Source: Basidiobolus meristosporus CBS 931.73 (Eukaryota > Fungi > Basidiobolomycota). From it: 51,474 bases of DNA. Below the pieces are notes generated by a model. It ran no database searches. It was not told the origin of the DNA and was given only the letters and a program-made list of their open reading frames with translations. Location of the stretch: NCBI GenBank assembly GCA_002104905.1, contig MCFE01000629.1, forward strand, positions 1 to 51,474. The letters are read 5' to 3'. Of the stretch, positions 25,633 to 37,854 are shown one piece after another (the first letter of the stretch is position 1; each line of letters starts with the position of its first letter). Position numbers and translations under genes: made by a program.

Positions 25633-28600
25633 TGTTACAAGTCTTGATATAAGAGTTGTAGAGGAATAAAGAGTTTAGCTAATATTGCATTCACTAAAAC
25701 TTGAACTGATTTTTATTGAGGTTCCAGCAGCTCCTCATATACATTTTGCCAGATCAATTGCTGACTAATTGTATTTCCTAATGTAGGCTGTGGCTGATGA
25801 CTCATTTGATTGCATCATCATCCCCAACAAGATCCTACTTCATATGTCTATTTCTGTCTGATAAGGATCCGCTGATTCATTTGCTGACCAATGCTATTGA
25901 TTTGATAGATAATACTATTGTACTGATAGGCTAAACATATGACTAATTGATTTGACCAAAAACTCATCCAACTAAAACGTTGAAGTAGTAGATTATAACA
26001 TTCTCCCCCACTAAAGCTGAGAGGGTTCTCCTGAAACTCTTTTCTTGTGATACCAATATCTTGATGATTCAGTATTATCAGCAAGTCTTGCAAGCTTGAA
26101 TCTGTCCCTATGCATTAAGTCTTCCCAGTTATTGCCTTGTTTGTCATCAGTTGGTAAGCTGCAAATGGACATTCTCCAATGATCTTGAATAGTCCTGTCC
26201 ATTATGGCTCAAACTTCTTCCAAGTGTTATTTCTTAGCAATACAAAGTTGCCAACTTTCAATGCTTCTAGTGCTAGAGTCTTATCAAATCTCTGCTCCAT
26301 CTTTTCTGCACTTTGAGACACTTTGGTCTGTGCCTCTTGACATCTTTGTTCCAGCTACTGGTGTTTAATTGGCTGACTGAGTTCATATTCTAAGGTGTCT
26401 GTAAGCTTTGGTTGTGTGAGATCTCCTTGAATCCTTGCTTCACTTCCATACGCTAAGTGAAACGGCAATTGTTGAGTGGTGTTGTATACTATGGCTCTGC
26501 TTGCAAAGAGTGCTTGGTCTATATACTCATCCATCTACTGACAACTCCATTTGCATACTTGGTCAGCATTTCTCCAATTAATCCATTAAACTGCTCAGTG
26601 ACTCCATTAGTTCTGAGGTAATGGGCTACAGTTTTCAAGTGTTTAATCTACTGCATTTCCAGGTAAGCTTCCAATATCTTTGACATAGGTTTTGCACCTC
26701 TATTGGATAGAATCTCTACAAGGCATCCAAACTTCATAAGGATATCATGGTAGATGAAACCTGGAACTTCTTGCTCACTGGTTATAGGTATAGCTTTAGC
26801 AACTGGCCATTTGGTTGCATTGTCTACTGCTACTGGTAGTTGGAAGTCTTCAAATAAAGTCAATTCCCCATCTTTCAAATGGTCTTACCGGCTCCAAGGG
26901 AAAAAGTTCTGCAATTCTCTGTAGTTGGGCTTGATTGATTTGGCAATGTGGGCATGTTTTCACTAGCTTCACAATGACATGTTTGATGCTGGGTCACCAT
27001 GCTCTGGCATTCACAAGGCCATAGGTTCCTGCAATTCCAAGATGTCCAAATTCATTGTGTAGCTTATGTACTAAATCCAGGCAAGCAACATAAGGGCAAT
27101 AGGCAATAGGGCTTCCATCAACAATATGTTAGATTGTTTCATCCTGCACTACATATTTGCTGGCTTTGTCCCAGATTATCTTGATATCTTCACCTACCTT
27201 CATTAGGAATGGCTTAGTCCTCCAAGTACTTTAGTAATAGGCTAGGCCAATCTGATTCATGCCCCAAGTTGAGTTTTGCAACTTGTTCTAATCTTGATAA
27301 GGCATCAGCAACTGTGTTGTTTTTCTCAGGGCAGTAGATAATCTCCAAATCAAATTGCTGAATGTATTCACTCCATCTGTTCATTCTTCTAGAGAGTACT
27401 TTCTGAGTAAATGCATACTTGAGGGAGGCATGATCAATCTTCACAGGGCATATGACTCCTTCAATATAGCATCTCCATGTCTTCAAGCAGTGTATTATAA
27501 TAAGCATATCCTTCTCACGCACTGAATAGTTTTGTCCTGCTGAGTTCAGTTTCTTGAATTCAGAGGCAACTGGCTAGTTCTTTTCCTTGTGTTCTTGGCT
27601 CAGCACTCTGCCAATTGCGCATTCTGAAGCATCTGTGCACAGAGTAAACTCTTTCCTGAAGTCTGGGATTCTTAAGCTTGGTAGCTTAGCAAGTTCATTC
27701 TTGAGTGTCTGAGAGGCAGTCTCACAAGCTATGTTGCACTTGTAGGTATTGTCTTTCTTGAGGATATCAGTTAAAGGGCCTGCAATACTTGCAAAGGACT
27801 TGACAAATCTTCAATAATAGGAGACCATTCCAAGGAGTGATCTGAGTTCTGCTATGCTCTGGGTCTGCTTCAGATTCTTGATAACTTCAACCTTCTTGGG
27901 GTCAAAGGTTACTCCTGCGCTGGTCACTATGTGTTCTAGATATTCAATGTGCTCCTTGAAGAAGTCACACATGGGTAGCTTTCCTGAGATTGAAGTCATC
28001 TGGGATGGGTCTTCTTCTGTCATATAGAAGGTGTGTTCTGAGTCTTCTTCAAGTTCATCCTCCATGTTAATATGCTCCAGGGCTTCAATATGATGAAAGG
28101 CTCTGGATAGCTGGTTTCCATTTCTTTTCTGAGGGCAGTACTTTGCAATATGTCCCTGCTGGTGGCAATTAAAGCAAAGTCCTTTCTTCTTACATTCTTC
28201 TGTGGTAGGATTCTTCTGCATAGCATTTATTTCCATAGGCACTGCTTCTGATTGTCTTCTTTCATAGCATCTCTGATTAGTCATTGTGGGCTTCCAACTC
28301 CATACATAGCTGAGTCACAGTCAATGGCAATCTTGATGGCTTCTTCAATAGGCTGAGGACTTTGATAATTCACTTCCTTACAAGTTATTTCTTTCAACCC
28401 ATTAATGAGGTATTCAACATGATTCAGAGGGTCTATTCTTTCTGCTTGTCCCAGTGGATATCTATATTCATAGAAGTACTCTTGGACCATTCCTTTCTGT
28501 CTGAATGTCTTCAACTTTCTTATTAATAGTGTCTGTTGCTTAGGGGGTTCAAAGGCATCCTGAATTTCCAACACAAACTCATCCCAGGTAGAGATTGTAG

Positions 28601-29351
28601 AGCAACCCATCAGAGTGGCTGATCTGATCTTGTTGTGGTACCACTGTAAAGCTGCATCTGCCAGGTAAAAGGCTGCATAATGTAACTTGCTTTCTGGACC
28701 ATTTCCCTTAGCCTTGAAAGCTTCTTCAATCTTGAAGAGCCAATTTCCCAGGTTTTCATTGACTCTACCATGGTACTGGTTGACCTTCACACTGAAGTTG
28801 CTCTTGAAAGGGTTTTGCTGGCTTTGGGCCTTGGTGGGCATTCCTTGTGCTGCTGGCTAACGATCTGGAGTAACTGTTGCTGCTGGGCCAGGATTTGTTG
28901 CATAGCATTCTTTCATTCTTGATTTTTGGACATCTTGAGGGAAGCTTCTTCTTTCTTTGGGAGGGAGGTTTCTGGTTATTGCTAAAATCAATGTTACAAG
29001 TCTTGATATAAAAGTTGTAGAGGAATAGGGAGTTTAGCTAGTATTGCGTTCACTAAAACTTGAAGTGATATTTATTGAGGTTCCAGCAGCTCCTTGTATA
29101 CATTTTGCCAGATCAATTGCTGACTAATTGTATTTCCTAATGTAGGCTATGGCTGATGACTCATTTGATTGCATCATCATCTCCGATAAGATCTTACTTA
29201 ATACATCTATTGAATGGATCTGCTGATTCATTTGCTGACTAATGCTATTGATTTGATAGATAATACTGATATACTGATAGGCTAAACATATAACTAATTG
29301 ATTTGACTAAAAACTGATCTAACTTGAATATTCAAGCAGTAGATCATAACA
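25633..29351 (-). mobile_element. Gypsy family B element, internally deleted, inserted into its own family's RNase H
   Basis: LTRs 25,633-26,000 and 28,992-29,351; PPT 26,001-26,012; 4-bp TSD ATAC/ATTC restores host frame AIIHYLK; gag runs directly into the end of RT (SGKLP|MCDFFKEHIEYL), so protease and most of RT are missing. Confidence 0.9.
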
Positions 29352-29778
29352 ATTCACTACTTGAAGACCTGGAGACACTACTTTGAAGGTATCAAGTGCA
29401 CTGTGGGAACTAATCATGCCTTACCCAGGTATATATTTACCAACAAGGTTCTATCCAGAAGAATGACAAGATGGAGTGATTTCATTTGGCAACTTGACTT
29501 GGGGATTGTCTACTGCCTGGGAAAAACAACACGGTTGCTGATGCCTTTTCAAGACTAGAATAAGTGGCACAACTCAACTTGGTGCATGAATCAGATTGAC
29601 CTAGCCCATTACCAAAGTACTTAGAGGACCTAGCCATTCCTGATGAAGTGGACATAGAGTTCAAGAAGATAATTCATGGTAATGCTAGCAAATATGTGGT
29701 ACAGGATGAAACACTCTACAAAATTTTTGATGGAAGCCCTACTGCTGGTTGCCCTTATGTTGCTTGCCTGGATTTAAT

Positions 29779-30512
29779 AGACTTGTTCTGTTGGATAGTG
29801 CCACATTGAGCCATGAGTGCCAAATGATGCCATAGTGTGCCAGAGAGGCCAATTGAGCCTCTACCTGGCCACAGGGTGTGAAACATAGCTCCGCATCTTC
29901 ACGCAAGGCAGCCCCTGTGTTTCACCCATTGTGTTGGAGAAAATCCATTTTTTGACCTTTTTTTTTGGATCAATGTTGTGCAGGATATGTTAGAGCACAA
30001 GCAGATTGAAGATATGCATCTGGTACTCAATACCCATGGCACTCTGAATCTAGCTCCAGTAGCTTGTATCATGTCACAAAAATGAATGGCACTATCTTGG
30101 TCCACTGGTACTATCTGGCACTATAAGTGCTTTGTATAGATCTTACTTTAGGGCTAATATTTAAATATAGTGCCAGATAGTACCAGTGGACCAAGATAGT
30201 GCCATTCATTTTTGTGACATGATACAAGCTACTGGAGCTAGATTCAGAGTGCAATGGGTATTGAGTACCAGATGCATATCTTCAGTTCTCCTGTGCTCTT
30301 ACACATCCTGAGCTACATTGATCCACAAAAAAAGGTCAAAAAATGGATTTTCTCCTGCGCAATGGGTGAAACACAGGGGCTGCTTTACATGAAGATGCAG
30401 AGCTATGTTTCACACTCTGTGGCCAAGTGTAGGCTCACTTGACCTCTCTGGCACACTATGGCAGCATTTGGCACTCATGGCTCAATGTGGCACTATCCAA
30501 CGGAACAAGTCT
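29779..30512. mobile_element. Fold-back MITE copy 2 (347-bp arms, 40-bp spacer)
   Basis: Arms 29,779-30,125 and 30,166-30,512; termini AGACTTG...CAAGTCT; TSD AAT/AAT; empty site in the paralogue at 27,070-27,072. Confidence 0.95.
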
Positions 30513-31977
30513 AATACATAAGCTACACAATGGATGTGGGCATCTTGGAATTGAAGTAGGCTATATAGCCTTGTGAAAGCCATAGCATGGTGGCCCAGAA
30601 TGAAACAAGATATTGAGAAGCTGGTGAAAACATGCCCAAATTGCAAAATCAACCAAGGCCACCTACAGCAAATGCTGGACTCTTTACTCTGGAGCCTGTA
30701 AGACCATTTGAGAGATGGGGGATTGACTTTATTGGAAGACTGCCAACCACTAGGAAATGCAACTGTTGGATCCCTGTAGCAATTGTCCATGCCCCTAAAT
30801 GGCTAGTGGTTAAAACTGTTGCTATAGCCAGTTAACAAGATGTTGCAAGTTTCAACTACCAAGAGATTGTTATGAAGTCAGAATGCCCTGTAAAGATTTT
30901 ATTCAATTTTGGAGCAAACTTTATGGAAAAGATATTGGTAGCTTGCCTGGAAACACAGCAGATCAAACACTTGGAAACTTTGCCATATCACCCTAGAACT
31001 AGTGGAATTGCTGAGTGGTTTAATGGACTATTTGGAAAAATGCTGACCAAATATGCAAATGCAGCTGTCAGCTGATGGAATGAGAATACAGACCCAGCAC
31101 TTTTTTTGTGCAGAGTTAGAGTAGACCACACCACCCAACAATTGCCATTTTACTTAGTGTATGGATGTGAACCAAGGATTCCTGGATATCTCACATAACC
31201 AAAGCTTACAGACACCTTAGAAGATGAACTCAGTTGGCAAAGTAGACACTAGCAACTGGAACAACAATGTCAAGAGGCACAGGCCAAAGTATCTCAAAGT
31301 GCAGAAAAGATGAAGCAGAGATTTGATAAGACTATGTTGCCAGAAGCATTGATGTTTGGGAACTTTGTATTGCTGTGAAACAACAATGGGAAGAAGTTTG
31401 AGCTACAATGGATAGGACCTTTCAAGATCATCAGAGAGTGTCCATTTACAACTTACCAACTGGTAGATAAAAAAGGTAATTTTCAGGAAGATTTAGTCCA
31501 TAGAGACAGACTCAAGCTTGCAAGGCTTGTTAACAATACTGAACCATTGAGATACTCTTATCACAAGAAAAGAGATTCAAGAGAACCCTCTCAAATTTAG
31601 TAGGGGAGACTATTAAGATCTACTGCTTGAATGTCTAAGTTAGATCAATGTTTAGTCAAATGAATTAGTCTTATGTATGGCCTATCAGTATGTCAGTTTT
31701 ATCTATCAAGTCAGTATTATGAATCAGCAGATGAATCCTTAGATCCTTGTCAGACAGAAATAGATATATTAAGTACAATCTAATTGGGTAATGATGATAC
31801 AATCAATTTAGTCATCAGCCACAACCAACATTAGGGTATACAATTAGTCAGCAACTGATCTGCCAATGTAAATAAGGAGCTACTAGAACCTCAATAAAAA
31901 TCAGCTCAAATTTTAGTGAATGCAATACTAGCTAAACTCTTTATTCCTCTACAACTATTATACCAAGACTTGTAGCA

Positions 31978-32110
31978 TTGGTAGCAGCAATAACCAGAAA
32001 CCTTCCTCCTGAAGAAAGAAGAAGCTGCCCTCAAGATGTCCAAAAATCAAGAATGAAGGAATGCTATGCAACAAATCATAGCCCAGCAGCAACTGCTACT
32101 CAAGACCTGT
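31978..32110 (+). mobile_element. PBS and gag start of a tandem gypsy B unit sharing the 31,611 LTR
   Basis: TTGGTAGCAGCAATAACC immediately after the LTR; matches 17,337-17,383 plus 22,721-22,800. Confidence 0.6.
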
Positions 32111-32900
32111 AACAATTCAATGGAACAAGTGTAATACACAAGAAACTAATGTTGGTGTCAAATTTATTCAACTCAGATTGCCTGGATATGAATCAGACCA
32201 GATCAGCTGCAGATTACTTAGTTGAATATAAACCTATGAGCAATGGATCAATAAAATCCCATCATTATTTAAGGATAATATTTGGAACAGAATACAGGAT
32301 GTATGACATTGATGGAGATTTAATCACTATGCATGGGGTATTAAATATATTGGGCTTGTTACCCCATATGGATTCAACCAATTGTGGACTTGATCTTTTA
32401 CCAGGCATAATTTAACTTCTTCATCCAAATGGTTGTAAATCATTAATTCCATCACTACAATCATAATTCCTAGTGACTAGTCATAGGACATCAATGCCAA
32501 GTACTGTGGGCCATCTACTGTAGACTACTCAAGGAGATCACTTGTCAAGCATCTCTGCTATTACAACAGCTTTTGCCCTACAAGGTTTCATCCCACCATC
32601 AATGGCAATAAAAGTCCTTGAAGCTTTCATTCCCAGCTGACAGTATTAGAGAACCATCTTGCATAAATTGTTAGCCACTTAGGGCAAGCTTAGAGTACTA
32701 GGCACTTGCCATATAAGGCCTTTGATTATATTGGCCACTTAGTTTAGATGTAACTAATGTAGAGTACATTACAACCATTGGAATGCAATGCAAGTCTTGT
32801 CAAAAGACTTCTTAAGCAGCATCAAGTTGTTAACTTAATTTAGCAGCAAAAGCAGCATAGTGCTGTCACAATTCCATCATCAGATTGTGTGGAAGGGCAA
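32110..32900 (-). pseudogene. Second probable DIRS-like relic
   Basis: 32,480-32,660 aligns with 13,160-13,240 and 35,010-35,180 (DGPQ motif); motifs very decayed. Confidence 0.3.
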
Positions 32901-32929
32901 TAATTTCAAGCTGCTGCCATTATGAGGGA

Positions 32930-33990
32930 CTAATTGGGGAATCCTTAGAGCTGATCCCAATTGTATCCCCCACAGATCCAAGTTATCTTTCATAGGGAAT
33001 AGGATTTTCACTCAAGTCCATGTCAACACAACATTCAATAGCCCCTTTGCATTTGCAGCTAAGTAGGATGCTGATGGATATCTAACTCTGAAGAGGCCCT
33101 GTTTGGAACCCAGATCACTGAGAAAACTTCTCTTACCAGCAAGTTGTGACTAATATACTCAAGAATGCACCATATATCTTGGTATTTGTGATGATTTCAT
33201 CATGTTTTCCTCAAACCCTGAAGATCATGCACTTTTATCACTGAAGTATTCAATAGACTAACAGCTACTGGACTGATTCTCAATGCTCAAAAGTGCAGCT
33301 TTGCTTACCTCAAAATCAATTTAATAGCATTTATAGTCTCACCAGCTGGCCACCAGCTAGGCCCTTTGAAACTGGTTAATATTCTTGATTGGCCAAACCC
33401 CACTAACTCTAATTAGCTTTAATATTATCTTGGTGTATTCAACTACTTAAGGGAGCAAATATCACTCATGACATGATTGAGTGCCCCTTGGATGCATTAC
33501 ACCATAGCCCTGATCTCCCCTCAGCCAGGAATAAGACTTACAACCAAGCCCTGAAGTCACTCTGCCAACTGCCTCCATAAGTACCCACCTTCTACAACTG
33601 AGATATTGCTAAGCTCTTTGTTATTTCTACAGATGAATTTTATGTTGGGTTTGGAGCTGTCCTCTGCTGGGTTGATAATCAAAATTCCCCTCACTGGATA
33701 TCTTTTTAAGTCAGATCCTTACAACCTGTCAAGAGAAATCACTCTTCCACTAAGAGGATGCTACTTATCATGGTTGTTTCTTTGAAGAAGCTTTGCCTGT
33801 GTCTCTGGGGCAGTCCTTTACCTTGTACACAGACTACTAAGCTCTTATATATATCCACAATGAAAAGACTCTAACTCCAATGCTTACCAAATGGCTTAAT
33901 ACTCTACTTGATTATTGATATACAGTTATGAAATGCCCTGTAGCCCTCAATATCATGCTTGACCACCTTTCAAGACTTTTCCAACTTCAC
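32930..33990 (+). pseudogene. Gypsy RT-RNase H relic of a different family
   Basis: LGICDDFIMFS..EDH, LILNAQKCSF, FVISTD...GFGAVL, LYTDY, NIMLDHLSRL across frameshifts. Confidence 0.7.
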
Positions 33991-34269
33991 CTTAGGAGGA
34001 ACCTATGAATACTAGCATAATCAGTAAGCTTACTGCATCTACCAAAATAATTCCTCAACAACACATTGGCTGGTTGATGATGAAATTTTCATTTATCTTA
34101 TGGACCTATCAGCACTCAAACTGATTTAAAGTGATCAGGTCACCTGGTGCATACTAGTTCAACTTGATCAGAAAAGTATCAATGAAGTTTATTGAATCTT
34201 CAGGCTTGGTTTGTACCTCTGTGAAAATAAGATTGTGTCTTAGCTAATTTGAGAAATCAACTCTTCCAT

Positions 34270-35196
34270 TCTAGCTTCTACCAAGGCTTATCCTATCTAG
34301 CTCTCCCAAGAACACCAGGCGTATCCTGCATATCAAACCAACTCCTTTGCGTCTGTAGCCAAACCCAGCTGTACCCAAACCAATATTAGACCAGAATAAT
34401 TCTGCTAGTAAATCTGTCACTCTCTGACAACTCCAAGATTCTCCACCTAATTGTCCCTTTGGCTCAGCTAAAACATCCAAGAATTTGGTACACTTTGGTC
34501 TTGAGTACAACAGTGCCTAAATATCTGTATGAGGGCTCTTTAGATATTCCTGGGCCATACTAACATTATTTGGCAATAATAATATGGATCTCACATTAAT
34601 TTGGTTGGTCTAAACTGTGCTTGTGAGCAGGGGAATGAGTGTTTTCAGGGTTGTACTAACAATAAGTTGAAACTAGGTATATATTATGCATGATGGGCCT
34701 TGATATGCACTTACACAGATCAGTGTATATCAGTTGCAGATTTGCTACCAGACCATAGACTTGTGAGTAAAGTCACTAAACCAGTATTTGAGGATGCTTT
34801 TTGCAACATAATGATGGGATGCATGGCAAATGATTGTAATTTAGTCGCAATGCATGGAGATTAGACTCATTAGACTGATTGCACCAAGTCCATCCAGCTT
34901 GTGCCTGATCATTCACCAATCTTGATATGACTTACCCAGCAGAATAGCCACTTCTCTTAAATCTCTTTGCCACCACTGGATATCTTTTGAGACATCAAAG
35001 GTGATCTGCATTAAATGCTGTGGACCATCTACCCAGCTTACTCAGGAAGACCCCTGTTAAACCTCTCTGCTATTACAAGAGCTATTGCTCTTTAAGTGTT
35101 GATATCACTACCAATAGCAACAAAAGTCAAAGAAGCTTTCCTACCCAGCCAACAGCAATGGGAGCCACCTTGCAGATGGTTTGAAAGACCTAGAGC
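34270..35196 (-). pseudogene. Third probable DIRS-like relic
   Basis: Aligns with 12,480-13,300; KDIQWWQRDL then DGLGAI, resembling the WW and DAS..G.G region of DIRS RNase H. Confidence 0.35.
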
Positions 35197-35527
35197 TGTG
35201 GTAAAAAGTTTTTAATTCCACCTAAATACTTACCTAACTTAGTCACTTAGATAGTTTGCTTCAAATCCTATAGAATACTGACCAGACTTCTTGTTGGGAT
35301 TTACTTGGAATATGTTCACCCAAATATCAGATACCCAGAACATGAAAATTCTCAATGCTGTCCAAGCAGCCCCAAGCTGTGCACACATGTTCAAACAGCC
35401 CCAAACTTTGCGCACATGTTCTTGGGACCTTTCCATGTCTATTCTAGCTTCTTGTTATGACAAGACCATGTAAAAGTATAAATTCTACTTTTACATACAA
35501 AATATCATCAAGTGAAAACCACATAAT

Positions 35528-36260
35528 AGACTTGTTCCGTTGGATAGTGCCACATTGAGCCATGAGTGCCAAATGATGCCATAGTGTGCCAGAGAGGCCA
35601 AGTGAGCCTATACTTGGCCACAGAGTGTGAAACATAGCTCTGCATCTTCATGTAAAGCAGCCCCTGTGTTTCACCCATTGTGTTGGAGAAAATCCATTTT
35701 TTGACCTTTTTTTTGGATCAATGTTGTGCAGGATGTGTTAGAGCACAAGCAGATTGAAGATATGCATCTGGTACTCAATACCCATGGCACTCTGAATCTA
35801 GCTCCTGTAGCTTGTATCTTGTCACAAAAATGAATGGCACTATCTTGGTCCACTGGTACTATCTGGCACTATAAGTGCTTTGTATAGATCTTACTTTAGG
35901 GCTAATATTTAAATATAGTGCCAGATAGTACCAGTGGACCAAGATAGTGCCATTCATTTTTGTGACAAGATACAAGCTACAGGAGCTAGATTCAGAGTGC
36001 CATGGGTATTGAGTACCTGATGCATATCTTCAGTTCTCCTGTGCTCTTACACATCCTGAGCTACATTGATCCACAAAAAAAGGTCAAAAAATGGATTTTC
36101 TCCTGCGCAATGGGTGAAACACAGGGGCTGCTTTACATGAAGATGCAGAGCTATGTTTCACACTCTGTGGCCAAGTATAGGCTCACTTGGTCTCTCTGGC
36201 ACACTATGGCATCATTTGGCACTCATGGCTCAATGTGGCACTATCCAACAGAACAAGTCT
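35528..36260. mobile_element. Fold-back MITE copy 3
   Basis: Near-identical to copy 2; flanks AAT/ACT; empty site (ATT on minus) in the homologous LTR at 45,604-45,606. Confidence 0.95.
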
Positions 36261-37854
36261 ACTATAGTTGTTCCCCTAATCACTTTCAATATCTCCAAGA
36301 CTATTCCAGCAGGTTATGAGCCCCTAGATATCACTCTCTGCTATGTCCACTACTGCCATTACTGAAATTTTTCCCTCTGGTGAAAAGCTGGATAAATCCA
36401 ACTACCAAGTATGGAAGGTGATGATGAAGATGCTGCCACAAGAAAGAGGCCATTGGAATATTGTTATGAGAGGAAATTGCCCTCCCTAAAACATGGGAGA
36501 ATAATTCTTGAAGTACTACAAGAAAGTACAAGGTGCCTTTGACTGTATATGCCTTAATCATAATGACAAATTGGTCATTCAATGCTCAAGAGCAAAAATG
36601 GCAAAGAATGTCTGGAAAGTATTAGAAGACACCTACCAGTCATGCTCAGCTGTTTAGAAGCTGAGTCTTAGACAAATATTCTTTACCATCAAGATATTGC
36701 TAGAAGAAGAAATGAAAAATCTAATTAAAAAAATGACCTTGCTGGTGGATGAGATGGAATCTGTTGACATACCAATCACTGATGAGGATGTGATGGTTGC
36801 CATCCTGAATAGCCTGACAGACAAGCTTCAGGGCCATGTGCCAGCCCAGAGCTCAGAACTGGAGATTTGTCATTATGTTATGTATATTGCAGGCTCTTGG
36901 ATGAAGAATCAAGAAAATCAAGTGGCAACAAGAAGGAAGAAAAATGCTTTGAGAAGCAAAGCTAACAGGCACAGGAGGTATCCCAGACCCTTTAAAGTCA
37001 ACAGCAACCTGTTTTGCAACTACTACAAAAGGAAAGGACACACATCAGACCGGTGCCTCAAAAAGAGAGTTAGTCAGCAGAAAAGCTTGATTAATGAAAC
37101 ACCCCAGCAACTGAAGATAAGCAATTCATATCTGTACCTAGCATGACCGCAAACAAGGATTCTCAGAGGAGGTATACTGACTCTGGAGCATCTCAACACT
37201 TTACATACCAAGAAGAGCTATTTACCTAAAATCAGGAAATTCAAACCAAGAAGGTTCTCATGGGTGATGATGGAGCACTTGATGAAGTAGGAGAACAAGC
37301 TGAACAAGCAAGCCTCAAAGCAGTGAAGGAAGCCACAAATGTACCTTCAATGAAGTATTTTATGTACCAGAAATAGCCCAGAACCTACTATTTGTTGCAA
37401 GGCCACAGCAGAAGGACTTGGTCTCAGCTTTGGCAATTCATGATGCAGGATCACAAATTAAAATGGTGCCCATATTGCTTTGGGTGTCAGAAATCTGAAT
37501 TGATGAGCACTGAGCTATATGCTATCATATCTGGATGCCAATGTAGGTAACTCAAGTGAAGAAATGCCAAAGCTTTGTCACAGGAGATTTGCACACATTA
37601 TTTTTGATTTTTTGTGCAAAATGTTCTAAGATCAGCTAATTTCCAGAGTAAAAAATAAAATTCCAGCCAGTTTGGAGCAATGTGAAGCCAGTATATATGG
37701 GAAAAAAGCCAGACAACTGTTCAGGAGCTCTGTGTTAATCAAAACTAAGAAAGTAGCAGATATAATAACTCAGATCTGTGGGGACCTATACAAGCTTAAT
37801 CCTTGATGGTATGAAGTAGTTAATTACTGTTATGGATGATAATACAAGCCGCGC

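Larger units (their letters stand above)
17190..31977 (+). mobile_element. Gypsy family B element hosting several nested insertions
   Basis: Partial 5' LTR ending 17,336 with PBS TTGGTAGCAGC; gag 22,721-23,670 with CCHC remnant; RT WGVPVLFVK...KIDLMSGYNQIRV...KTAF...YLDN; RNase H split at 25,632/29,352; integrase ERWGIDFIGRLP; PPT 31,599-31,610; 3' LTR 31,611-31,977. Confidence 0.85.

Noticed and set aside
30146-30152. TTTAGGG in the MITE spacer
   Set aside because: A single heptamer is not evidence of telomeric origin.
29779-30512. CRISPR array, ncRNA gene or hairpin telomere
   Set aside because: No repeat-spacer periodicity; TSDs and empty sites identify it as an inserted DNA element.
32149-32415. 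88-aa plus-strand ORF as captured cargo
   Set aside because: No recognisable motif; the minus strand continues the DIRS-like relic.
29899-36319. Repeated short ORFs such as MDQDSAIHFC and MGIEY.MHIF
   Set aside because: They lie inside the MITE arms and recur only because the DNA is repeated.
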